From NCBI GenBank assembly GCA_038087875.1, contig CM075989.1:17672001-17736000 (forward strand): 64,000 nucleotides of DNA. Reading direction: 5' to 3'. The position numbers and the translations under genes were made by a program. Below, one piece after another: positions 24,801-36,212 of this stretch; the stretch's first letter is position 1, and each line of letters begins with the position of its first letter. This DNA is from Malacoraja senta (Eukaryota). Below the pieces are notes generated by a model. The model made no database searches. It was not told where the DNA came from and worked only from the letters and a program-made list of their open reading frames with translations.

Positions 24801-26186
24801 TTAAAGACTGGCTGAGTAGAGTTCAGGATCGGCATATTCCAGTAAGGAGGAAAGACAAGGACGGCAAGGGAACCTTGGATGACGAAAGTGTAAATTTGGT
24901 CAAATATAAAAAGAATAAAAAGCAACAGAAGATAGAGTGGTAAATAAGGAGTACGGTATGCTTGCCTTCATCAGCCAGTGCCTTGAGTCAGGAAGTTATG
25001 TTGCAGCATTATAAAACTTTGCCTATGCCACATTTGAAGTATAGTGTACAGTTATCCAACAATTACACCAGAGAATCTGCCCCCATTAAAACTGGAACAA
25101 AATCAGCAAGTCAATTTATTTAAATGGAAAAGAAAGATTAACGAGAAGGGTTTTAGTTGATTGACACTTTGCATTTATAGTTTCTTAACAAATCATGTAT
25201 TTAAATTTAGTTTTATATTTAGAGTTTTAATATCTTAAAGTATTCATTCTTTCATATGTTTTAATATTTTAACTTGTTTTTCAGATCATACAAAGTCCTT
25301 GATATTTGAATGCCAGCAAAACCTGGGTGTAATTTAGCCGAGTTAATTTTATCGTCCAATTCTTAGCTGGAATATAACCTGGGCCACCCACATGCTCACC
25401 TCGTGTTGCTGTGCTGGGCATCACGAGGGCGAGCAGGGAACAACTTTGGACAGAAGGTTGACAGAAGATCCAGAAACTATAAATTTGTACTTAATCTACA
25501 GAGCAGCAAGTCTGAGAACCCATCAAAAAAGTAGGCAGTGAATCATTTGTAGCAAAGCCCAGAATCAATTTTTTTTGCTTTGGAACAGCAATACCTATTA
25601 AGTTACAAACCTTGAACAAGTGGGCTGACTGTTCAAATGTCACGATAATTCCTCAAGCCTAATATACCAGCAGTTAACCAAAATAGCATTGCACATTTCT
25701 GAATGATAAGATCACATAACATTTCTGACTGCTGTTTCATACTGTCTCAATGATGTGATCTTACATTTTCAACTGTGTGAGTATGTCGAACGCAACAATA
25801 AAACACTATTACCAGCCAACAGGGTAGGAATATAACTCATCCTGATTTTCCTCAATGTAATTGATCACCGCTTGGTTATTTACCAACAAACAAGGGTGAC
25901 TTTCCTACTACCCATGGATGTGCACTGCAGTATTGTCACCAAGTTGGCCCCACAGCAGAAGCGTCCACGTCGCGGGGCTGGAAACTGAAAGTATCCTGAG
26001 CTAATTCTGCTACCACCATCATCTATTGCAACAAGTGATGGCTCCCACTGACTGTCGCCAGAAGCTTGCATCCTTTTCAGGACGGACGATGACAGCGATG
26101 TCAACATTTGAAACATGGAAAATGGTCACTAAATTCATTATGCGTGTTGTCCAAATGTTATACAGAGCACACAATTTTAATGTTTA

Positions 26187-26784
26187 CTAGACCAAGTGGG
26201 ACCCGTTGGGTCCCTGTCACACGGGAGGCCTGATCCCCCAACGCAACCAGTTCCCCCAACGCAATATTCGACCACTCACCCATAGCCCCCACTGGAGGCC
26301 TGGTCCCCCAGCGCAACCCGTTCCCCAAGGCAATATTCCACCACTCACCCGTTGCCCCAACGCAATATTCCACTACTCACCCATAGCCCCCAATTGTGCA
26401 AGGAGCTACTCATTTCCCCTTATTGACCCTCCCTCATTTTAAACTTTAAAAAAACGATTGTACTTGCAAGGGCTGGCAGGACTCAGTGTCCTGGGATTGC
26501 AACATTGTAGTGGGCAGGGCTACAATGCTACTGTGACATCATAGCTGTAACTGCCAGTGCCGTGGGAAGAAATTTTTCTCACATTGGGACTTTGTAAAGT
26601 TAAAAATGTGAATAACATGTAAAATATAACATCAATCTGAACGAAATGATACACCACAGGAAAATAGTGAGTAAGGTGGTCCAAAAATTGTAGCGCTATC
26701 GTGCACCGTTTTGGCGTAGTTCAGCACAAACAAACACACAAACTCACTCACAGACAAGATGAGAGTTTTTGTAAAATATATAGA
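26187..26784 (-). mobile_element. Non-autonomous Helitron
   Basis: Minus strand A|TC...GGGACCC-AAC-GGGTCCC-acttggt-CTAG|T: TC start, 3' hairpin, CTRR end, AT target and no TSD. Confidence 0.85.
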
Positions 26785-27359
26785 TACAGTACCATTTACA
26801 ATCTTCTGACACATTCAAAAGTGTTTTACAATTAGTGTCATTTAAGAAAATGTGGCATAGCAAATAAAATAACGTGAAAATTATCTGTGATGTTGATTAA
26901 TATGTAAATATTGGACAAGGCATGAGTTTAACCCTTCACTTCAAAATAGTACAATATAATCTTTCAAACCTAAATGACAGTAATAGGTTCTACATCGTGA
27001 AACAAAAATGTATTAAAATGGTCTTTGTTAAAATCTGACAATGTGCACTTTAACCACATGTGATTCTTTTCTATTACAAATCTCAAATTGTGGAGTACAG
27101 AGGTAAATAAATAAATGATGGGTCTTTGTCCCAAACATTATGGAGGGCAATACAAGGCCTTATTTGCAGCAAGTAATGTATCATTGGTAACCTGGGATGA
27201 ACTACATGACTCAGCATTAAAGACAAATACACCACAAGCAAGAACTATTGTCTAAGAATTATATTTGTAATCTGTACAAATTATCTTATTATCTATTTAT
27301 AGACATACTGGTCATAATGTATAGATAATTAAAATCTGAAGCAGAAAATGTAGCAACTC

Positions 27360-27958
27360 ATTGGGTTAATAACTGGAAAAAAGCTAATTCTAAAATTTTG
27401 GAAGAAGGCTCCAATACCAACTATAAATATGTGGATTTCAAATATGTTTGAAACACTACACCTTGAAGAGATAAGACTCCTCCTAGCAGGTAAACCAGAT
27501 CACTTCCACCTGACGTGGTCTGCATTTATAGAATTATTACAAACATAGGGTGCAAAAGTACTTTAAAAAAATAAAAAATTGAGGTCGGGTAAGGGGGGAT
27601 GATAGTTGAAGAGTTGGTATGTCCTATTTACGTGATGCTCAAAAAAAACATTTGTTTTTCTTTTTTTCTCTTTCTCTTTTCTTTTCTTAGGGCCTATTTC
27701 TTAACTCTTTTTCTTTTTGTTTTTAATTTCGCTCTCATAGGGTCTTCGTCCTTTTTTGTTGTTACATTTTCTACACTTTTCTACACTTGCACTTTTTCCT
27801 TCACTTTCTTCTCTCTTTCAATCTTTTCTTTCTTTAGTGTAAAAAAATAAATAAAGGGAGTACATTAATTGTAAGAAGATATAAATGATGAGTATTAATG
27901 TATGTGGCTGTGATGTAATGTACTTCTAATAAATAAAAAAAAAAAAAAATAAAAAAAA
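27360..27958 (+). mobile_element. 5'-truncated L1/Tx1-type LINE
   Basis: ORF2-like end MWISNMFETLHLEEIRLLLAGKPDHFHLTWSAFIELLQT*, T-rich 3' UTR, AATAAA and poly(A). 17-bp TSD AGAAAATGTAGCAACTC at 27343-27359 and 27959-27975. Confidence 0.85.
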
Positions 27959-29122
27959 AGAAAATGTAGCAACTCTACATCTTACATTTTGGTTCCTCAA
28001 GAGTGATATTAGCCATATTAATGAAGATTGTATGCCTTCAGCATGAAATAAATCCTTCCTTTATTCATCCGTGTGGCTGCAATTCATATATAGCAATACT
28101 ACAAATATCACTCTTAAGGCTGATATATGCTTACAATCCAGTTTATGGGCAACCCAGGTTACTGCAGGCAATTATTAAAGCCCATGTTGTGCTTGGATAA
28201 ACTACATCCTATTAGTTGCTCCGTCAATTACAAATTAAAAATCCTAGATCATTGCTGTACATTGAGCTGAACAATTTAATAAAACTCATTATGTCAATTT
28301 GATTATATGTCCTGAATCGCATTAATAATGACCATCCTCTAAAATTTGAAAACCTTAAGTATGCATCATGCTATGGCTAAATCTCAAAAAGTGAACTTTG
28401 GAAGGGCACCTTGGTTGGCCAAAGGGCCTGTTTCTGAGCTGTATGGATCTGACTAGAATAGATGGTTTGAGCAAAGAGGACTCCGTTCAAGCTGTTTTGG
28501 AGGACTGGATTTTGCCAGATTCCAGGTACAAAAAAAAACCCTGTAAATGCATTTTTATCATCCATTTTAAGTCCAACAGAAATGAAAAGCATGCATCTTT
28601 TTCATATTTTGGGTAACTTCTAATTGTGCGAATAGTAGCTACATAAAGGTAGGAGTAGAAGATTGTGCCTTCTCAAAACTATTCCACCAATTAATTAATC
28701 AAGGTATACGTATATTTCAACTCTTTCTCCACAAACCCTTGGTAATCTATTCTATTAATCTATTCAGACTTAAATTTCAAATATCACTCAATGTATTTAT
28801 AACCCTTTGTAGGAAAAAGTTACAGATTTCTCACCAATCCTGATGTGAAAAAATGCTTTACGAGTTCATTTTTCAATGGCTTAGCTAATTTAGCATTACC
28901 GTATTTCCCGGCAACGAAGACGCTATTTTTTACCCTAAAATAAGGCCCGAAAATTTACCTGCATCTTGGAGGACGAAGGTTAAATTGTTAGCTAAGAAAG
29001 ATAGAGTTGGCTATCCCTCAGTACAGCGGCAGTAAAAGGACAGCACCACTGGGGTTGGGGAGAAGAGTTCAGGTTGCGTTGGGGGACTAGGCCTCCCGTG
29101 TGACAGGGACCCAAAGGTCTGA

Positions 29123-29201
29123 TATGTATACAAACATATATACAAACATACATACATATACACACACACATACATATATATACACACACATATATATATA
29201 T
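29123..29201. repeat. (TA)/(CA) microsatellite
   Basis: Directly visible. Confidence 0.9.
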
Positions 29202-30957
29202 AAAACTCATCTTGTTATCTGCAGGTTTGCGTTGTTTTTCTATTTGCGCAAAAACGGTACAAGATAGCGCTAACATTTCCCCCCACCTTACTCACCATTG
29301 TACTGTGCTGTAAATGCAACAGGTTTTGTTCAGATCAATGGTATATTTTAAAAGTTATTAAGGCTTAAAAACCATTAAAAAACATGCATGCGCAATTGGA
29401 GGAGAGTTCCTGTGCGTGTCTTTCCTGGTGTCGCAAAGGGGGCCTTTCCAGAATTGCCTGCGCAGTTGGGGGCCTTTCCAGAATTGAGATTGCAGCGGCG
29501 GCGGTGAGAGGCCATGCCGATGATCCAGTGCCTGGGTGCTGAGGCTGGCGGCAGTAGCGGCGGCTCCGGGGACGGGGGGAGGCCATGCGACGATCCGGGG
29601 CCTGGGCACTGATGCTGGTGGCGGCCGGCTCCGGGCTGACGCCGCGCCGATGACCCGAGGCCTGGGCGGTGAGCCTGGATCGGAGGACGGCGGTGCTGCT
29701 GCTTCCGGGACGCAAAGAGGGAAAGGAGCGTCGCCCTCGAGATCCTGGGGATGTGAGGAGGAGAGTGGGAGCATTGAGGGAGAGGAGAGGGTAGGGAGGG
29801 AGCGGGAAAGTGGTGGGAGGGGAGGAGGGAGAGTGGGAGAGGAGGGGGAATAGAGAAGAGGGGGGAGTGGGGCAGGTAGGGAATGGGGAATAGAGGGAGA
29901 GGAGGGCAGTGAGGAAGGTGAGGAGGGATGGTGGGGGAGATAGGGGAGGTGAGGAGTGGGGGAGGTGGGGGATAGATGGATAGGAGGGGATTAGGGAGGG
30001 GAGAGGACTTAGGGAGGGAGGGAGGGTTGGGTAAAAGAGAGAGTTGGGGAAAAGAGGGAGGGATTGGGGAGGAGGAGGGGGAAAGATCATGTGGAGGTGA
30101 CGAGGGAGAGTGGGAGGATTGAGGGAAAGGAGGGGGTAGGGAGGGAGAGGAGGAAAAGTGGGGGTGAGAGTGGGGGAGGAGGGGGGAATAGAGGGAGAGG
30201 AGGGGGGTTGGGAATAGAGGGAGAGGAGGGGGGAGTTGGGAATAGAGGGAGAGGTGAGGAGTGATAGTGGGGGGGGTAGGGGAGGTGAGGAGTGGAGTGG
30301 GGAGGTGTGGAATAGAGGTATAGGAGGGGGGTAGGGAGGGGAGAGGAGTTATGGAGGGAGGGTGACTGGGTAGGGGACAGGAGAGGGAGGGAGAGGTGAA
30401 GGAGGGATTAGGGAGGGGAGGAGGAGAGAGGAAAGAAGAGGGAGGGTGAAGAGGAAGGGGAGGAAGTGCTGGGGATGAGGGAAAATGAGCCGCGCCAGAG
30501 TGGTGGAATATTGCGTTCGGGGAACGGGTGAGTGGTGGAAACGGGTTGCGATGGGGGAACGGGTGAGTGGTGGAATATTGCGTTGGGGAACAGGGCCCAA
30601 CATGTCAGGGGGTAGGGAGGGGAGAGGGGTTATGGAGGGAGGGAGGGAGTGATTGAGGGTAGGGTGACTGAAGGTAGGGGAAAGGAGAGGTAGGGAGTGG
30701 TGAGGGAGGGAGTGGAGGAGGGGAGGAGAGAGGAGAGAAGAGGGAGGGTGAAGAGGAAGGGGAGTGTTGGGGGATGAGGGAAAATGAGCCACGTCTGTGC
30801 AGTTGGGGGCTATGGGTGAGTGGTGGAATATTGCGTTGAGGGAATGGGTTACGTTGGGGGAACAGGTGAGTGGTGAAAACGGGTTGCGTTGAGGGAACGG
30901 GTGAGTGGTGGAATATTGCGTTGGGGGAACAGGGCCCAACGGGTCCCACTTGGTCTA
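29190..30957 (+). mobile_element. Long non-autonomous Helitron with GC-rich and G/A-rich internal sequence
   Basis: 5' region homologous to the 26784 end (ctcatcttg..aaaacggt..gatagcgcta..ccaccttactcac). 3' end gggcccaacgggtcccacttggtCTA(T). Repeated gggtgagtggtggaatattgcgttg subterminal units. A further 3'-end fragment lies at ~29070-29120. Confidence 0.75.
29750..30780 (+). repeat. Purine-rich, G-run-dense low-complexity tract (G-quadruplex/H-DNA potential)
   Basis: About 1 kb of largely GGAG/GGGA sequence, strongly C-poor, with an internal duplication (~30340-30600 vs ~30620-30940). Confidence 0.85.
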
Positions 30958-33900
30958 TAATTTCTAATGGGGAGTTGATTCGTTATTTAAAAACACAAAC
31001 CTTAAATTTACACAAAAATATGTAGTAGCTCCTTCTGTGCCATAGGTGTCTATATATTCTCCCAAATCAAGAACCCTCCCTTTATTCTTCTGTTTTCTAA
31101 CTGCCCATTGACTTGTCACAAGGTTATCATCAGTCTTGCATACTATCATCTTTGCAAATGATCTTGTGGTAATTTGATAAATGTCTTCTGGAAATCTCTT
31201 ACAGAAACATTCCATTATCTACCATGTAGTGGCCTCCCAAAACAAAATACTAAACTAGATTAGTCAGACGTAACTTGTCTTTTACATATTTATGCTGACT
31301 CAGTTTGATCAGCTAATGCTATCTAATTGTTCAGTCACTCTGTTGCGATTTATCCTTTTGACAGTAACTGAGTAGTTGGACCAGCAAATCCCACAATAAT
31401 ATGCCAAACCACATGCTGTACCAACTTGTTTCTTATATATTTAAATAGTGGCAATTGAAAGAGAAATGTGCTTTAATTGAACATTTTTTTCTACAAACCT
31501 GTTAAGTTCCTCATTCTCAAGTAACTATAATTATAAAAGGAAGTTGGATAATTACTTAGGTGTTAGAATGCACTATCGTTTCAGGTACTGCAAACAAAAT
31601 CCCAGTATTTCCAATAATAATACTCTCAACAACTTCCCTCTAGAATTTTGCTAGTAGTTTTAAATCTGTCCCTCATCAGTTTATAAATGTTAATCCATTC
31701 CTCAGAGGAATAGGCTTTCTCCATATGACCCATGAAACTTCCCATCATCTTGAAAACTTCAATTTTAGCTGTTCAGGGATCAGTAGTTTGTAATGTTATC
31801 AACATTTCTCTCATAATTATGATTGATAATATCTGGTAAAAACTATTTTCTCCTTTTAGGTGCTATCCATTTCTATTTTCCTCATGTTTTCTGCTGTAGT
31901 ATGAGACCTTCAAAAACAGATTTTAAAGATTGTAAAGCTAGGTACAATTCTAGCATTTATCACATAACCACAAGGTGCAATTGAAGTGGTGATAGCGGTG
32001 ATGATAGAGGTGGTGGTGACTGTTGAACCAGTCCAATAATGTTGATGAAGGTACCCCCATAAAGCTATTACACAGGATTCTGACACAGATGCAATGAAAA
32101 AATATCAATCGGGTGAGCTGAGATTCCAAAACAAGAACACAGTGGAAATAATAGTGAACTTGCTTTACTTTCCAACTTTAATAGACCGTGTCATTGGAAG
32201 TCAGTTGACTTGCTGCAGTGTATTCTGTGTACTGCATAACACAGAGCCATGATTTATTTTTAAATTATTTAAGTGGATTCGGAGACAACCGAGGAAGTTA
32301 TTCATTCTGAATAGTATGAAGCATCTTCAGTACTAGAGCCCTACATGTCCAGATAGGTGAACACATCATTCTCCTTACATGGATGGCACAGAGGTTTGAA
32401 GAATCAAGAGAAAGCCATTCCTTACAGAACATCATTCATTAAAATGTTTAACTGTCTTTGCCGTTAACGGATGCCTGAGGACATGTAGAGTTTTTGGTCA
32501 ATGACGACAACTCCCCAACACACTTTTCCTCGTGTTGTTAATGTTGGAGGGTTCAATAACGCTTAATCATATCAAGGAGATATTATTAAGTTGTTGGAAA
32601 TGGTCACTGTGTGGGATTTGTGTTGCACAAATGTTTCTCAACACTTATCAGACCAAATCCAAGTATTATCTAGAACTCACTGCATGCAGGCAGCACTGCC
32701 TCTCTGCCTAGGGAATTAGAATGGAGCTGAACATTGTAGAATCACCAGCAAACAGTTAGTTACACTGCTAACTTTATAATGAAGGCAAATTCACTGAAGC
32801 ACCTGCAGGCTGTTAGGTCCAGGACACTGGGACACTGAGTTACCCCTGCAGCCAAGCTAATTGCCTCCAACAAATATCTTTCCTTTCTGCAGGCTATGAT
32901 TTCAGCCAATAGAAAAATTCCTCCTTCAACTTAAGTTCCACATTAACATTGTTCAACATTGCTGCCGTTGACAGCAGCCACTCTCATCTTACTTAGGGAA
33001 TTGTTTCATTTAAATTTGGACTAAAACAATAAAGAGACCTGGAGCTTCGTGATCTTTGGAGGCCAGTAGATTTGCTTAACAGTATATTATCACTCCCAGC
33101 AAAGCATGCTGCTCCCTTTCCAGATCACCTTTTAGAGTCTGAAATGTTTCAATATAGTTTCCCATTTGTAGAATAAGTTTGTATGATTATTTTGTGACAA
33201 CTGTGCTCATGTCCATTTCAGTCCCCTCTTGTATTTCACTTGTTTTTGCTTTATAGGTGACGCAACTTCATGCCCTATCTCCTCCACAGTTTGCAGTTAT
33301 ACTGTTGATTCCATTTTCAGTAACCATCCCATATGTATTTGCTACAAGTATAAATTCAAATGTTTACCATAGTTTGGTGTTAATCCTTATTGTTCTTGGA
33401 GTGATACAACTGTTACTGTATTGATATTTGCTTTGAAAAATAAAAAAAGACCTGCACATACACTCAAGACACATTTCTGGCTAGAATGGTTTTGCAAATA
33501 TACATCACACTTTTTAGAAGTTATTTCATGTCTCCTAACAACAAACAGGATTTCTTTTTTTTTTATGCGAGAGGATTCCTGAACTTATCAAAATGTTTCA
33601 CAAAAACTTGGCAAAGCACTTCACAGAAGTCATGAAGAAATAAATATGTTATACTGTGTGACAATACTCTTCTGGGAGTTTGTGAAAATATTTCAACAAG
33701 TATTGTATTTATTACTAAACATTAAAATGAAAAGTATAAGGATGGCTACAACAAACCAACAGAACTGGTTGTCACAAGCTGTGACTGCAGTGAACAGACA
33801 GAGCCTTAAGCCATGGATACACGTGACAACTATTATGAAAGGGGCTAGGAATTTATTCTAGAAAAACAAAGGAGGGTCCACCGATGACCTGACCAGCATT

Positions 33901-35285
33901 TGCCGACACATCTAAATTTCCAAACAAAATAACCGTTAGAAAATACCTGCTCCAGTCTGGGGAGCAAAGTGAATCCAAGTCACAAAGCATGCTTGTTTAC
34001 CCTCCTGGAGGCCCACAAGACCTCCTCAACCCAACCAAGCAGCAGCAAAACAAAAAATAGAATGGGGATTTAGACGATTGACATTTTTTCCTCCTTACAA
34101 GGATCTTTGCTATTACGGAGTTCACCGCTTTGTGAGGATTTTGTTGCTTAAGTGGAAACGTGAACAAGAATGGACCAGCTTATTAATTCCATTCTTGTTA
34201 TAAATCAGTGTGTGGAATGATTCCGTGTTATGAATTTGTGTTATGTGGCCCTCTGCCGATAAACAAAACAAATAACTCTCCGACCCCCAACCCTCAGGCC
34301 ACTTAAGAATTTACGTTGTTACACAGCAAGTGGATTTGAATGAAGGACATATTTTGACAGGCTAGCTTCAACTTTTTTTCAACTGGTGCCATTACATTAA
34401 TTTTAGTCATACAATTGAGATTAAAGCTTACCCTTTGGCAGTAATGCTAATGCAAACTCCCAAACTCGACAACATAATCTTTTTCAACAATATAATCTTG
34501 TTAAGGTAAAGTAGATCAAGCAACTGATTTCCTGCTAAGTATTTTCCCACGTTTCCCTTTATTTTATTTGTATTACGCAATTTTCTTCCATCATCATCCA
34601 ACGATCCCTCCTAACACTACATTATTTGCTCAGCTTTCATTATCTCAATCTAATCACCGCAAGCATTCAGGCTTGCTACAACAGTTTTTTCACTCATTTG
34701 CAGCATTAACCTTTTGATATCTCGCTTTCGCTCACACCCAATCTCCCTGCAGCTCCTTTCACTTGATCCAGTCCACGTTATCATCACCCTGTTCCAGCCC
34801 CAACTAATCCCCCCAACCCATACCTGCTATGATCCTGTATGCACTCCCATTGTAGCTGATCCACACTGCAGCACACCTCAATCTGCCCAGATCCAATACC
34901 CCCTCATGACACACTGCCCTATGCGCTGCCAACCCCATCTCAAGCTCATGGATCTCACAAACCTCTCTCATGCAGCACAGGATTTTTCTCCCTCCCTACC
35001 CTCTTTTTAAATTCCAGCCAACTCTCCCGAACCAACACAGAAACGACCCCTCCTTCAATCTCTCATCCCATTATTGCAAAGTTTCATCCTCTTCTGCCAC
35101 TCATGGTACTCGCTCCCAATGTTGACCACAATCAAAGTGCCACCTGTGGGGTGGGAGCTTGCAGTGCGCAAACGGCATGCCGTTTTTTCCCGACATTGCA
35201 ACTACTTCATCGTTGAGGGACGTGAAAGGCGCTGTTTAAATGACGGGCTTTCGCCAGGATCCAGTTGCGTGATTAAATGTGTATG

Positions 35286-35411
35286 AGGGAACTGCAGATG
35301 CTGGTTTAAACCGAAGATAGACACAAAAAGCTGGAGTAACTCAGCGGGTCAGGCAGCATCTCTGGAGAGAAGGAATGGGCGACGTTTCGGGTCGAGACCC
35401 TTCTTCAGACT
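35286..35411 (-). mobile_element. Penelope-derived short unit with an intact hammerhead-like core (35381-35408)
   Basis: Minus strand: agtCTGAAGAAGGGTCTCGACCCGAAACGTCgcccattcc..gctgagttactccagc..ccagcatctgcagttccc. Confidence 0.8.
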
Positions 35412-35905
35412 CACGCATGATTACATGTTGCATTAGTTGCACTGTGTGAGGCCAGGTGGGACTGGAGTTCCCCCCACCCCCCCGGGGGCCGCTCCAACCC
35501 TCCCCAACCCACACAACCTCCACCTGCCTCCCTCAGCAACCAAAACACCAGCGCTTGGGTGGCGGCCCTCGCGGGTGGTCTGTCCGGGACCCTCACCCCA
35601 CACAACCTCAGGCAACCGGGTCCGGGGAGGGGAGGGGAGAGGGGCCTGGGGCAGCGTGGGGAGAGGAGAGTCCGGGCTGGGGTGGGGTGGGGAGGGTCTG
35701 GGTGATGATGGGGAGCTGGGGAGAGGAGACTGTCCTGGGGCAGTGAGGGGAGGGGAGAGTCCGGGCCGGGTGGAGCGGACGGGGAGCTGTCCGAGGAAGA
35801 GGGGGCTGTGAGGAGGGGGAGGGTGGTTTGAGGAGGGGGGTGTGAGAGGAGGGGGGTGTGAGGAGAGGGCACCGACCGACCTCCCTCCCCGTCCCCCCCG
35901 CTCAC

Positions 35906-35975
35906 CTGGGGCCGCCAGCAGCAGGGCGAGGGTGCCGGCGAGCAGGCAGTGCCAGCACAGCTGTCCGAGCGCCAT
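35906..35975 (-). CDS. IGDCC4: IGDCC4 coding exon 1 (signal peptide MALGQLCWHCLLAGTLALLLAAP + 1 nt)
   Basis: ATG at 35975 inside a CpG island. Hydrophobic signal-peptide-like 23 codons, then donor G|GTGAG at 35905. Phase 1 joins exon 2 in frame (G+AC = Asp). Confidence 0.85.
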
Positions 35976-35979
35976 GTAC

Positions 35980-36052
35980 TCAGGCGGCGGCGGCCGAGGC
36001 GTCAGCAGGTACCGCGGGTAGCGCCGGCCCTCCCTCCATCACCCATCGCCAT
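35980..36052 (-). other. Two overlapping upstream ORFs in the putative IGDCC4 5' UTR
   Basis: 36052-36002 encodes MAMGDGGRAGATRGTC* and 36039-35980 encodes MEGGPALPAVPADASAAAA*. Both are out of frame with the main ATG at 35975. Confidence 0.5.
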
Positions 36053-36212
36053 CTTGTGCGTGTGAGGGCGGGCACGCGCCGCCAGCACCAAGCGCGCTCC
36101 CGCCGCCGCCGCCGCCGCGCGCTTTCTCACACCCCCCCCCCCTCCATCCCCATCCGCGTGCACGACGCGCGCCACGAGGTGCAAAGGCGCACCTGAACTG
36201 AAGGCAGGACCC

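Larger units (their letters stand above)
35540..36200 (-). promoter_or_regulatory. CpG island / promoter and 5' UTR of IGDCC4
   Basis: Very high GC and CpG density around exon 1 against a CpG-poor background. (GGC)n run at ~36101-36118 and YY1-like AAGATGGCG at 36047-36055 (minus). The TSS cannot be determined from sequence. Confidence 0.8.

Noticed and set aside
29358..30949. Pro/Ser/Leu-rich and Gly/Glu-rich ORFs up to 241 aa
   Set aside because: Translations of low-complexity purine tracts inside a Helitron.
35433..35905. Pro-rich continuation of the 180-aa ORF after the signal peptide
   Set aside because: Read-through into GC-rich intron 1 past the GTGAG donor.
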